A stretch of 64,000 nucleotides of DNA from Eledone cirrhosa (GCA_964016885.1 OZ024749.1:24924001-24988000); one strand, 5' to 3'. Counted from the stretch's first letter, positions 1 through 14,399 are shown. Notes: generated from the letters alone by a model not told the origin. Numbers and translations: made by a program.

Positions 1-233
1 CTTGGGAATAATATTTGCTATGATATAGCATGAAATATATAAGCATATAATACCGATATTGACATAGAAAATTATATAATTTGTCGTAAAATGTTTCGCA
101 TAATTTGATAAACATATCATATTAATGTCATTTATTGGTTTTCCGTTTTATTATTTATACATACACGTACAATGTATTTATGTACATATAAGCGTAAATT
201 ATATCTACCTATCTATCTACCTATATATATATG

Positions 234-266
<33 letters not shown>

Positions 267-445
267 ATGTGTGTGTATAAACACATATATATATACATTT
301 TTATAGGTATATATATATATATAGATATAGATATATATATGTATGTATGTGTGTGTGTGTATACATACATATATATATATATATGTATGTATATGTATAT
401 ATATACATATATATACTTACATATAAAAATGTATATATATATATA

Positions 446-492
<47 letters not shown>

Positions 493-600
493 CGAAAACA
501 GTACTGTCTCACGTGGTGCTAGGTGCGGGGCGCTTCACAAGAAACTCCGTATATTTAAAAAACACGTGTCATTGTTTTCCTAGAATATTCACTTACCGAA

Positions 601-790
601 ATAATTGTTTCTACTATTGGCACAAGGGCAGCAATCACCCCAGTGTATTACTGGTACTTTATTTTATCGAGCCCGTAAGGATGAAAGGCAAAGTTAACCT
701 CGGCGGGGTTTGAACTCAGAATGGCAAGGGCCGTAACTCTATGCGTCAGAGCATGATGTCCGACCCTCTACCGATACTGCCAATTCAACC
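601..790 (-). mobile_element. tRNA-derived SINE (dominant family, Meta-domain-like core)
   Basis: Reverse complement has B-box GAGTTCAAACCCC, core GTTAACTTTGCCTTTCATCCTTACGGG and 3' end CCTTGTGCCAATAGTAGAAACAATTAT; homologous to several other copies in the window. Confidence 0.85.
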
Positions 791-1221
791 GAAATACTAC
801 CTTGAATTCGTATTATTTATATTGACAACATTTCTAAGAGTATCAAGTTTTACATATATGTCAAACGTTTTATAATTGCCTCTCAGATTTATATTCCTCC
901 CTGTAGGTAACACTCAAGCTTATATCGGTTCCATTCTAACCCATCTCTAGGTTCAAACATTTCATTTCATCGCCGGAGTCAATCGCTCGGATAAACATAA
1001 TCATCACATAACCACATCAAATTATTTCAGCCATGAAAATAGCTCTATTCCGCGGCACAAAATACATAAAAATTAAGATGGTGATATATTATCTTACTTG
1101 AACCTTGGCTGTAAATTCTGATATTTTAAGAGATTTCGCTGAAGCATTCTGCCCAGCGAGCTACCTAATCCAATCTCGATTTAACAATCTGCTACTCATT
1201 AATGACTACTATTATTTTATA

Positions 1222-1385
1222 TGTTTATACTTTTGGCAGAAGGCCAGCAATTACCCAGTGCTTTACTGCTACTTTATTTTATCGACCCCCATATCGATGA
1301 AAAGCTCGGAGGGATTTGAACTCAGATCGTAAAGGGCCATAGGTATGTGCTGCAAAGCATGGTGTCTGACGCTCTACTGATACTG
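1222..1385 (-). mobile_element. SINE, degenerate copy of the dominant family
   Basis: GGCCAGCAATTACCCAGTG...TTTATCGACCCC...GGGATTTGAACTCAG matches the other copies. Confidence 0.75.
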
Positions 1386-1509
1386 TTTATAATTGTGTAT
1401 GTATGTATGTATCAAATGCATGTACCTTTCTATGTATATATATCTGTATATATATCTATATATCTATCTATACATCTAATAATTTATCTCTCTCTCTCTC
1501 TCTCGCGCG

Positions 1510-1544
<35 letters not shown>

Positions 1545-1554
1545 ACACGTCACG

Positions 1555-2739
1555 GGAGTAGCCATGGGTACAAGAATGGGCCCAAACTATGCCAACCTTT
1601 TTGTTGGCAATGTTGAGGCCCAAATCATTGCCCAGTACACCGGCCCCACGTCCGAACTGTACGGTCGTTACATCGACGACTGTATCGGAGCCACGACCCT
1701 CACCCGAGAACAGCTCTACTCCTTTCTCTCCTTCTTCTGCTCCTTCCACCCCTCCCTCCACTTCACCACCTCTATCTCCACCACCCACGTCCACTTCTTA
1801 GACATCTCCGTCGCCTTCGTCCCTCCCACCACTCTCTCGCCACCTCCGCCTTCTTCAAACCCACCGACTCCCACTCCTACCTCGACTTCACCTCTTCCCA
1901 CCCCACACACACTAAACACTCTATTCCCTACTCCCAACTCCTCAGGATCCGCCGCCTCTGTAGCCGAAATGCTGACTTTGAGTCCCAGGCCCTTTCACAA
2001 AGTCAGCCATTTCATCCGCAGAGGTTACGCCCCCTCTCTCGTCCACACCGCTCTCACCCACGCCCGTGCTGTCCACCGCTCCACCACCCTCACCACACGC
2101 CACCGCACACCCACCCACCGTCTCCCCTTCCCCATCACCTACCACCCACTATACCCCTCCACCGCACCATCCTCCGCCTCTTCCGACGCCACCAGGCCGA
2201 CCCCTCCACCTTCCACATATTCCCACCCCCACCACTCCCCTCCTTCAAACGCGCACGCAATCTCCGCACCCTCCTCGTCCACAGCTCCCTACCCCCAACC
2301 CACGATCTCCTCCCCACCCCCCGGTTCCCTTCCCTGTTCCAGGCCCCGCTGCAACACCTGTCCCCACATCACTAACACCACCACCTTCCAGAGTCCCAAC
2401 GGCCACTCTCTATCTGTCCGGCATGCCTTCCGCTGCATCTCCCCCAACCTAGTCTACAGACTTCGCTGCACGGTTTGCAGCGCGACTTACGTCGGACAGA
2501 CTGGACGCCGCCTGGCGGACAGGTTTACTGAACACCTCCGAGATATTCGTCTCGGTGGTAGTTCCCCCATCGCCCGCCACTTTGGTGACCCTGGTCATTC
2601 CGCACACCACCTCACAGTCTGTGGCCTACTCCAATGCCACGGAACACCCGCCACTCTCCTCAGGGTCGAACAACGAACCATCTTCACCCTACAGACCCAG
2701 ACTCCCCCCGGCCTGAACTCCCCACCCTTATTCCTTTAG
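1555..2739 (+). pseudogene. PLE reverse transcriptase + GIY-YIG endonuclease, with compensating frameshifts
   Basis: GVAMGTRMGPNYANLFV, RYIDDC and HFLDI RT motifs; thumb motif KPTDSHSYLDFTSSHP...IPYSQLLRIRRLCS lies in another frame (about 1857-1965); CSRPRCNTC linker; NLVYRLRC..C...YVGQTGR...RFTEH...PGLN. Confidence 0.9.
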
Positions 2740-3955
2740 CCTTCGACCGCCCCCCTCCTCCTACACATATCTCCCACTAACACCACTAACACGCCCCTCC
2801 TTTTCACCGCCCACCCCACAACTAACAATACTAACACCTCCATACGAACACACACACCCTCTTACACCACCCACTCTACACACCCTACCACCACTGACCC
2901 CCACTCACACCCGCATTCAACCCTTTCTCCGTCTCCAGTATACTGACACCCACTAACACCCCATTCACGACACATACACTCATCCAAACATGCACACACA
3001 CACCAGTACACTACACTCCCTCCATCGGCCCCCCCACATCTTCTCTCCCCGCTCCACCAGCACCCTTTCTCAAACACACACACATCCCACTAACACCTCT
3101 ACTAATACACACACACACCCTCCTCACTCCAACTTACACACCTACCCATCCTCTCCCCTGTCCACCGCACCTCCGCACACACTGACACACCGACTTTCTT
3201 CACTTACCATTCTACCCTACTGCTGCTATGCCTCTCTGACCACCTCCCCGCACACACAGACACACAACCCTCCTCCTGCCTTGACCCTCTGACCACTTCC
3301 TGTTGCGCGCGCACCCCACATCTCCCCTCTTCCGACCAACCTCTTCACGGATTACACATATGTGCACCTCGAACCCTAGAATCCAACACATCCCAAGGAT
3401 ATTACTCAGCATTCCACCACATCGTCTACGGAATTACCTTAAGGACACACCCACGGACATACACCCCCAAACATTTTTTTACGCACACGCCACCTACATC
3501 CACAACACGCATAAACACCACACACACACGTGCGTACCACCACATATTTACACATTCAGCCTCCGGAATCCTCTCCCCCACCCCTCTATCCACACACGCA
3601 CACACACTCCGACCTACACGCCATCACACACACACCTCTTCCTGAACATGCAACCCCGTTCTTCCCCCAACTCTTACTTTCACATACACACACACACACT
3701 ACACCTACACACACACACCACCTTCAGCCCTCCCCGCTCGGACACCCCGTCTCCATCTCCCCACTCCACCCGCCACCACCCCTACACGCCCCAAACCTTC
3801 CACCACCCGTTTTACTTCATGTGTATTTTTATTTTTATTTTTATCATGCTTTTATATTTAATTTCATTTGTACCGTTTCCTCTCACCCCCTTTTTTCTTT
3901 ATGTCTCTCCACCACTCCCCTACACACCCTTGGAACTCTCTTCCCACACACTTTT

Positions 3956-3989
3956 CACCTGAAGAAGGGCTTATGCCCGAAACGTCGTT
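3956..3989 (+). ncRNA. Minimal type I hammerhead ribozyme
   Basis: CTGAAGA-A-GGGC TTAT GCCC-GAAA-CG-TC; palindromic ACGT stem III; weak stem I (AC/GT). Confidence 0.8.
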
Positions 3990-4074
3990 CCCCACCACCA
4001 CCCCACTCTCAAGAGCGTGACACTAATAAACCTTTGTTCGTACTGCCTCTCTGTTTTGTTCCCGTTCAATTTTT

Positions 4075-4160
<86 letters not shown>

Positions 4161-4161
<1 letters not shown>

Positions 4162-4433
4162 GAGAGAAAGTGGAATTGGAAATAGCATGGAAAATATATC
4201 TAAGGATCTGTCTTTTATTTGTTCTTCTTATTGAAAAAAATGAGAGGAATTTTATAATGTATATTAAATATATATACATCATAAAACTCCTTTTTTAAAA
4301 AGAGTTGTTCCTCTCATTTTTTCAATAAAAAGAGAAAAAGAAAAACAGATCCTTAAATATATTTTCCGTGCTATTTGCAATTCCAGTTTCTCTCTATAAC
4401 TCTAGTTTTCTATAGATCCTTACTCGTCTTTCA
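4161..4433. repeat. Fold-back element: ~90-bp inverted arms plus one-sided tail
   Basis: GAGAGAAAGTGGAATTGGAAATAGCATGGAAAATATAT...TGAGAGGAA is the reverse complement, with mismatches, of 4308-4395; unique ~38-bp extension on the right; microsatellite flanks. Confidence 0.75.
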
Positions 4434-4457
4434 TATATATATATATATATATATACA

Positions 4458-4555
4458 TAATTGTTTCTACTTTAGGCACAAGGCCAGCAATTACCCAGTG
4501 CATTACGGGTACTTTATTTTATCGACCCCGTAAGGATAAAAGGCAAAATCAACCT
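4458..4555 (-). mobile_element. SINE 3' half
   Basis: TAATTGTTTCTACTTTAGGCACAAGGCCAGCAATTACCCAGTG...AAAGGCAAAATCAACC. Confidence 0.8.
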
Positions 4556-5054
4556 ATATATACATAATACATGTGTGTGTGTTTACGTATGTATGTATCT
4601 GTGAGTATATGCAAGTATATAAATAGGGTTGGATCTAGATATGATATATAACATCACGAAATGTCATCACGTTTAATTTACGCGTTGTCTTGTAGTATTT
4701 TTGCTATATGTTTTCTTATCACGACAGAGAACATAAAGAGTATGTTGTTACCTTGGAGGAACATTCAAAATTGTGCTTTTAAATAAATACGAATTTTCAT
4801 AATGCTGGTGGCAAAATCTATAGTAAACAAATTGAATTTCTGAAACAGGTTTATTTAATCCTCAGCTTCGTGGGTTTTTAAATAAGTTAAATCACAAGAA
4901 AACCGTGAGCGGGGTTGTTAGGTTAGTAATATTCATTTGCATTTTAGCCACCAGGTTAAGTATTTGAATTTTCAAAATTATTCAAGTTGATACAGATTGA
5001 TCCTGTACAGAAACATTTTCCAAACAGATCTATTCTATATAGACATACAAACAT

Positions 5055-5238
5055 ACATGATGACATCCCTCTCGTTATCCAGTATGGCCATAAATAATAA
5101 CACTATTAATAATTAATGCTATCGTGCAATGCCTGTGCGTGAAGATTTTGTTAAAAGTGAAAAAAGAATGATCCCTGAGCCAAACCCACTCTCTGAGCGA
5201 CAGTAGCTATAACCCGAAAAGAAGAAAGGATCAACATC
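5055..5238 (+). repeat. ~180-bp interspersed repeat associated with (ACAT)n, copy 1
   Basis: Homologous end to end with 54327-54515 (CTATCGTGCAATGCCTG; CCCACTCTCTGAG.GACAGTAGCTA; GAAAAGAAGAAA.GATCA). Confidence 0.75.
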
Positions 5239-5554
5239 ATCCGTAACTACTGAGCCACAGGTTTTATGACGGAGTTATCCCAATTACCTGAGTTGCGTTC
5301 TCATAGAAGAATGCCCTGACAAAGGCTAGGGCTCCTTCACTCCCAGTGGTTTAACCGCGCGATCGAGTATCCAGTCCGATTATTTCATACATACGTACGA
5401 AATGAATACAGTTTTACAATAGATTAAAAGGACTCAACAAGAAAATATTCCTGGAGTTTTAAAATTATTAAAAATATTAACAAATGAAGATATTCACATA
5501 ATCAAAATATATGCTTTATTATATATATTTCGAAGGCTCTGTGTCGTTTTTTTT

Positions 5555-5682
5555 CCACACATGCGCAGAGAGGAAGACAAAAAAAAAATAAATAAACAGA
5601 ATAAATAAAGATGGCGTAGATATACAATACAACGGGAGGAAACATAATAGCACCACTGACGAAAGAAATTTGTTAGACTATA
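5555..5682 (+). mobile_element. PLE terminal (pLTR) fragment with collapsed HHR
   Basis: CATGCGCAG...AAGATGGCGTAG...ACCA-CTGA-C-GAAAGAAATTTG.TAGACTATA is homologous to 10813-10950 and 59130-59240 but lacks stem II. Confidence 0.6.
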
Positions 5683-5702
5683 TATATGTGTTTGTGTCTA
5701 TA

Positions 5703-6023
<321 letters not shown>

Positions 6024-6101
6024 TACTGTATATGTATATATATGAATATAAGAGTGACATGGTTTGCAATACAATAAGGGCTTTATACACATTGCTGACA
6101 G

Positions 6102-6132
<31 letters not shown>

Positions 6133-6178
6133 GTATATATATATGTATATATGTATATATATGTATATATATATACAT

Positions 6179-6234
<56 letters not shown>

Positions 6235-6236
<2 letters not shown>

Positions 6237-6527
6237 GTTTGCTCTGATCTGATTAGTTTTGGGAATTCTACCTGTTTTTATGTTAAAAAAAGTGGCTCCA
6301 GCGTTAATTTGGTGTTGCAAAATTTCTTGTGGTCAAAACAATTTTGATTGGTCGGTAGAGGTCATGTGAGTGTAAAGAATTGATTTTGCGCCAAGACTGT
6401 TTTTATGTTAAAAAAGTGGCTCCAGCAACAATTCTTGTGGTCAAAACAATTTTGATTGGTCGGTAGAGGTCATGTGAATAAAAAATTGGCTTTGCGCCAA
6501 GATCGAGAAATGACACTTTCACAACAA

Positions 6528-6567
<40 letters not shown>

Positions 6568-6822
6568 TAGTAGTAGTAGTAGTAAGGTGTTCGATGTTGT
6601 GATAATGGTTAGCAGCGGTGTGACAAAAGCTGAAAAATATCTTTTGACATGCTAAAATACCCCCCATTGCTTTCAGACACATTCTTACTGACCATCCCTG
6701 CCACCACGAATTACTCTGCTATACACACACATATACACACACTTATCTCAATAGCCATTTGACACACATCGCTGCTAACCATTATCACAACATCGAACAC
6801 ATTACTACTACTACTACTACTA

Positions 6823-6873
<51 letters not shown>

Positions 6874-7052
6874 CACACACACATTTGTTGTGAAAGACTC
6901 ATTTCTCAATTTTGGCGCAAAGCCAATTTTTTATTCACATGACCTCTACCGACCAATCAAAATTGTTTTGACCACAAGAATTGTTGCTGGAGCCACTTTT
7001 TTAACATAAAAACAGGTAGAATTCCCAAAACTAATCAGATCAGAGCAAACAG
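6235..7052. mobile_element. Large non-coding fold-back element with ~300-bp inverted arms containing (TG)n(TAG)n
   Basis: CTGTTTGCTCTGATCTGATTAG... at 6235 is the reverse complement of ...CTAATCAGATCAGAGCAAACAG ending at 7052; left arm has an internal ~120-bp tandem duplication; ~120-bp spacer. Confidence 0.8.
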
Positions 7053-7268
7053 CACGGACACTCTATCTCAAAATTATTTTGAAAAGCATTTAGAAATGCG
7101 CAACCGGAAAAACTTAAAAACTTAAAACCACAACTGAATACTAACCCATACAATCACTAATACTCTTTTATTCCTAACTAAACCATTTTTCAACTGTGAA
7201 CAATTTGTCAGCATTTTCTATTCCGTTTACCAATATATAATAACTTGTGTGTTACACCTCTATTCTTT

Positions 7269-7396
<128 letters not shown>

Positions 7397-8140
7397 AACA
7401 TAAATTGCACGAAACTTTTCTGTACTACAGCCCCACGTTATACCCTAACGGATAGTACCATCTATACGTGGTTATTTCACGTCTTGATGTGGGAGCTAAG
7501 TATATGTTTTGTTTATACCATTACTTATTTGCATAGGTAAGTATATATTACCCGTATGTTTTGTGAAGGTACCTATACCTTCTCGTACGTATATTTGATT
7601 GTTTATGTTATGGCGTATAATTTTATATATTCAGGTACATATGGTTGGCTATGTGTATACGGGAGTTTTGAGTCTGTGTGAGTGTGCAGATTCGTACGTA
7701 TGTAGGGTGTTTGTATATGTGTACTTCATGTAGGTATGTGTCTGCGCTTGTTATATACGTATTTATTTATTTATATACGTTTATATAATTATTTATTTAT
7801 TTGTATACACGCATACTCACACACACATATTTATGTGTGCGTGGTTTTGTATACCTATGGTAAGTGTTTTGCGTATGCTTGTGTATGTACGTATTTGTTT
7901 GCTCACTATAAAAGCTTCACGGCACAGGCATTACTTTATATCTGGAGATCTCTATGCACTTGTCGTCACATGGTACCATGGGCCCAGCACTATGTGTCAA
8001 TAATTGCCACAAGTGTAGTGTTTGTGCCAGTTTTCAAGTCGGTGGCTGGACTAAAATGTCACTCGTTCAGCGCATCGGTAGGGATTATCCTAAATTGTTA
8101 TAATGTAGTGGCCGTACTCGAAAACGACTTGGCAGCCACC

Positions 8141-8683
<543 letters not shown>

Positions 8684-8735
8684 TAAGTATGTATGTATAC
8701 GTACATAAATATATGTATACAGACGTACAGTAGCA

Positions 8736-8805
<70 letters not shown>

Positions 8806-9198
8806 TACATACAGGTACACATACATATATGCACGCATCAGTTTAGCGGAAGCTTATTATAACGCCGCTTTGTTCGTTTGTAAACAAACTGAACAGCCTG
8901 AATTTAACTCACTCAATATGCAAATTAGGCTGCTCAGCCGTTAATTTTCATAAGGAGAGTATATACTTTCGAACGTTCAACTATCTGGCAGATGGGTAAA
9001 CGGTGCTGATGATAGCTAACAAGCTTGAAACTAGTACATCGTTCCTGTGTCAGTGTTGAACAAAAAGGTGACGTGATTGCCTTAATACCGTATGGCATAA
9101 ATTCAGGCTGTTCAGTTTTTTTACAAACGAACAAAGCGGCGTTATAATAAGCGTCCGCTAAACTGATGCGTGCATATATGTATGTGTACCTGTATGTA

Positions 9199-9288
<90 letters not shown>

Positions 9289-9403
9289 TGCTACTGTACG
9301 TCTGTATACATATATGTATGTACGTATACATACATACTTATATTTAAGTAAGTGCCATACTAAGAGTGAGAAATGAAATTTCGTTTTCATTTTTTTTCAA
9401 CTT
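8684..9403 (+). mobile_element. HHR-containing fold-back element (inverted arm 8684-8906, core, arm 9099-9340, tail to 9403)
   Basis: Arms are reverse complements, including an internal (TA)n of different length; HHR lies in the unique core. Confidence 0.8.
8999..9043 (+). ncRNA. Minimal type I hammerhead ribozyme
   Basis: AACGGTG-CTGATGA-T-AGCT AACA AGCT-T-GAAA-CTAG-TA-CATCGTT: 7-bp stem I, palindromic ACTAGT stem III, GUA cleavage triplet. Confidence 0.85.
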
Positions 9404-9492
9404 ATATATATATACATAAATGTATATATATATATATGTATATATATATGTATATATATATATATATGTATATATATGCATATACATATATG

Positions 9493-9523
<31 letters not shown>

Positions 9524-9685
9524 GCATATATATATATGTATATATATATGTATATATGTATATATATATGTATATATGCATATATATATGTATATATATA
9601 TGTATATATCTATATATACATATATATATATACATATATATACATATATATATATACATATATATATATACATATATATATATAC

Positions 9686-9794
<109 letters not shown>

Positions 9795-9814
9795 TGCATA
9801 TACATATATATATA

Positions 9815-11020
9815 CAAAAAACAAATCCTCCATTCCCATTATGCCAAACCCATGACTTCCAAATATCTGATCCACCGAGCCTAAGCTGTTTCGGGCCATA
9901 CCAAAATCAACATACTGATTGCCTATTTGGTAAGGGTGATGATAAACGTGTCCCGCATGTGCAACCCCGAAGAACTAGAGAGACACATACAACACTTCAT
10001 CCACCGTATGCAGTTCTCTGGTTACAATCAGAAAGATAAAATCAGAGTGTATAGAGGAGCCAGAACCAAATGGGAAAAAATGGTAAATAATAACACAAAT
10101 GGGACCTGCCCCTTGTATAGGATCAAATTTTGGAATAGAATAGAAAGAACTAGGAATAAGGCTAATAGAATAAACTCATGGTATGCTAGAAACAAATACC
10201 AAAGTGTAATGTTCATCGATACAACCCCTAGATAAACATAAACTCAATATTAAGATAGTAGAAAGACCAGGTACCTCCATAAAAACACTTATTAGCGAGA
10301 CATACCCTTTTCAAAGACACCCCTGTATAGACAAGAAATGTATAACCTGTAAATTAAGCCCCCATATTAACTATAAAACTAGAAATGTAGTATATAGCAT
10401 AAGATGTACTGAAGGACAATGTAGAGATAAAAATATAGTGTACATAGGTGAGACAGCTCGTATGTAGGGGAACGGATAAATGAACACTGGCGAGACCTTC
10501 AAGGTAGTAAAGAATCATCTGTACTCTACCAACATGCTAAAATAGAACATAATGGTAAATTAGAGAACATAGAAATAAAAATAGAATCTACAAACAAAAA
10601 AGACGCAATGTTTAGACAAATCACAGAGGCAAAAAAACATAAAAGAATTACAACCAAAATTAAATAGAAAACATGAGTGGAACAGCAATATCATAACTTA
10701 CAATTAAGGACAAAATGAAAACATACACGCGCAAAGAACAAACAACCAACAAGTAACATATAAATAAACAAATAAATAAACGAATATAAACACGCACAGA
10801 CACCCAGATGTGGCGCATGCGCAGACTGATCACGCAACACACACACAGAAACAAGATGGCGTAGGACAGAACAAAGGAGAGGCACAAAAACAAAGAAAAG
10901 AACACCAGTCACTGAAGATGTCATATAATGTGTGACGAAAGAACTTTGACAATATATAAACAACCATCTGGTTGTGGAACCAACCAACCAACCGGAAATT
11001 TATAAATTCCTAAATTTCTA
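9815..11020 (+). mobile_element. 5'-truncated, decayed Penelope-like element (Nematis-like): RT thumb + GIY-YIG + pLTR
   Basis: [13 protein letters not shown] and RMQFSGY thumb motifs; RNVVYSIRC...VYIGETAR...ERINEH...RQITEA; stops and frameshifts; HHR at 10908-10950. Confidence 0.85.
10908..10950 (+). ncRNA. Minimal type I hammerhead ribozyme
   Basis: GTCA-CTGAAGA-T-GTCATA TAATG TGTGAC-GAAA-GAAC-TT-TGAC. Confidence 0.75.
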
Positions 11021-11155
11021 AATGTATTATAATAAATTGAAGAAACATGTGGTGCGTGTGTTTCTTATTGGCAACATGACCCTCCCAAAATATAAAAATA
11101 TCGGTTTCAACACACGTTTTCAGATAAAAAATCTTGCTAAACAAATTCAGAAACG

Positions 11156-11243
<88 letters not shown>

Positions 11244-11864
11244 GTATGTATATATACATATGTATATATATATATTTTTATGTATACATCTATATATATG
11301 TACGCAGATGTTGGTAGACGTATTAATTCTCTATATGTATCTCCAAATTATTTTGTTGAGCAAACTTGTCAAATATACTGCTAATTCATCGTAGTAATAG
11401 TAGGCTCTTGTCATAATACCACCCCACTCCTACTGACTAACCTCAGTGTCACGTGATTGATTCTTTAGAATACACCACTGACCAGAGGCAGTGAACTTTT
11501 TCAGTGCTATGGAATTTAGTCCCCGCTAGCTTATTACATCCACTGAATTATTATTTTTATACGGGTTCCTAGTGTCCGCGCATTGCCTGGGAACTTAGCT
11601 GAGAATAGACCCCCGAATGACGTAATGAATTCTCGATAGTTACATTGTGTAACTATATTTATCCCATTACAGAAACTAATTAGTTGGAGTGAAAATTTTA
11701 GTAAGTTAATTTTTAATTTTTAAAATGTTCTTATTTTACGTCTTTCATATAATTGTTCTGCATCCCCCTGCATTGAACCACCTAGGTACTTTGACATAAC
11801 TTATATATTTACTAGCATTAGTGTACATCTGTACGCATATGTTGGTAGATGTATTAATTCTCTA

Positions 11865-11966
<102 letters not shown>

Positions 11967-11967
11967 T

Positions 11968-12187
11968 ATGTCTTTTGTTGTTGCTTTTATTGAAATGAAT
12001 TCCATATTATATAGACGTGGGATATATGTATATGTATTCGGCAATATATATTGTGATTTATATATATATACATATGTGTGTTCTGTTATTAATTCTGGCA
12101 ATATTACGCAAATATGACCCTCCCCAAATATAACAATATCTGTTTCGACACACGATTTCATATAAAAAACCTCGCAAAACTATTATA

Positions 12188-12269
<82 letters not shown>

Positions 12270-12359
12270 AATCACAATATATATTGCCGAATACATATAC
12301 ATATATCCCACGTCTATATAATATGGAATTCATTTCAATAAAAGCAACAACAAAAGACA
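11968..12359. repeat. Apparently identical ~95-bp inverted duplication around (TA)n and a family-C fragment
   Basis: TGTCTTTTGTTGTTGC...TTGTGATTTATA (11969-12062) is the exact reverse complement of about 12266-12359. Confidence 0.9.
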
Positions 12360-12834
12360 AATAATATCAGCCATTAAAACTGAGAAACATTTATTTCTGA
12401 GATACTTTCCAAGTTCACATTTAGAAAAGTGCAATAGCAGCCATCAATTTTGAAGTTCAACAGATAATACGAGAGTGTAGAAGGAGAGTAAGGGGAGTCA
12501 ATCCATTTATATCTCTGGACTGTCTTCTTTGACTAAGTTTGGCAGCCACAGCTAAATTCTCTTTTGTAGACCGACTTTCCCCTTGGCATTTGGCCATATA
12601 TTGCCAAGAATGTCTTCTTTCACTCTCCACATCTATTTTTATTTCGTGTTCTTTCCCTTCTTTTGGCATGTTATTTATATTTTTCGAAATAAATGAATGA
12701 AATAAATAAATAAAATAAATAAAACTTTTCTTTTTGGCGCGAGGGACGTTATATATTTTTGGTTACAACGTACAGTATGTTATATGAATTTATTATAGGT
12801 ATTTCGTTTATCGCTATTTTTGTTCCTGTTATCA

Positions 12835-12889
<55 letters not shown>

Positions 12890-13095
12890 CGAATATTGTT
12901 TAGTTAAGTTGAGTTTGAAAAATTCTTCGTTTTTTTGCTTTCTCTTTTATCTTCTACTTTCTCCGAAATTTATAAACGTACAAAATACCAAATATAGCAT
13001 GCAGAATATGTCTCTTTCTCACACATCCTCTCTCCTTCGCTACATCTGTCTCCCTCCTTTACACACACAAATACACACAAACTCTCACAGTCTCC

Positions 13096-13145
<50 letters not shown>

Positions 13146-13265
13146 CATATATGTATATATTATATATTTATATATTTATTTAAATGTATATATATATATA
13201 TTATATGTATATATGAATATATTATATATTTATATATTTATTTAAATGTATATATATATATATAT

Positions 13266-13306
<41 letters not shown>

Positions 13307-13400
13307 CATATATATATATACATATGTATATATATATATTATATATATATATATACATATATACATATGTATACATATATATATTATATATGTATATATA

Positions 13401-13440
<40 letters not shown>

Positions 13441-13489
13441 GTATATATATATATATATTATGTATATTTATTTATATATATATAAATAC

Positions 13490-13521
<32 letters not shown>

Positions 13522-13602
13522 TATATATATTTATTTATATATATATATATATTATATATATATTATATATATATATACATATATATATACATATATTTAT
13601 AC

Positions 13603-13697
<95 letters not shown>

Positions 13698-14016
13698 CAG
13701 AAGGTCCCAGAAATACGTGTTTTCTCAATATAGAACAGGCGATGATAATTATGTTCTAGAATATTTATGAATTAGTATTAAGTCAGAATATAAAATGATA
13801 GAATAATTTTTGAACTATTAATTTTCCGTGTTATTTTTTGCTTGTTTGTCCTTATTTGGTTTCTATATTTAAATTATGTTCGATATTTACTGACGCTCAA
13901 TTATGTCAACTTGGATACACGTAATTACCATTTTTATAACGGATAATTTCTATGAGAACCTCAATGTTGAGGCCAAGAATCAAACAATCTTGATGTGTGT
14001 ATATATACTTACATTC

Positions 14017-14096
<80 letters not shown>

Positions 14097-14167
14097 TATA
14101 GATGCATGCAAACATTGGTACATACATACATGGAAACATCTATCTATCTATCAATCAATCTCTCTCA

Positions 14168-14229
<62 letters not shown>

Positions 14230-14399
14230 ATAGATGCATACATAATTACACATAAATATGCATGCATATGTATATATACACACACACTATATCTATCTAT
14301 CTATTCGATATGTAAATGTTCAATACCCGCATTACTCGATCGTTTTTTTGGGCTATGCGAATGATTGTTTAACCATCGTCTCATGTTTGGCCTTTAATG

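Larger units (their letters stand above)
1546..4078 (+). mobile_element. 5'-truncated Penelope-like retroelement (Neptune-like), flanked by (TA)n
   Basis: RT plus C-terminal GIY-YIG coding remnant, long C/A-rich 3' region, HHR at 3956-3989, AATAAA at about 4025, (TA)n on both sides. Confidence 0.9.

Noticed and set aside
2740-3960. H/T/P-rich ORFs downstream of the PLE ORF
   Set aside because: C/A-rich low-complexity 3' region of the PLE
12457-12669. 70-aa minus-strand ORF
   Set aside because: No recognisable domain or splice context; cannot be supported
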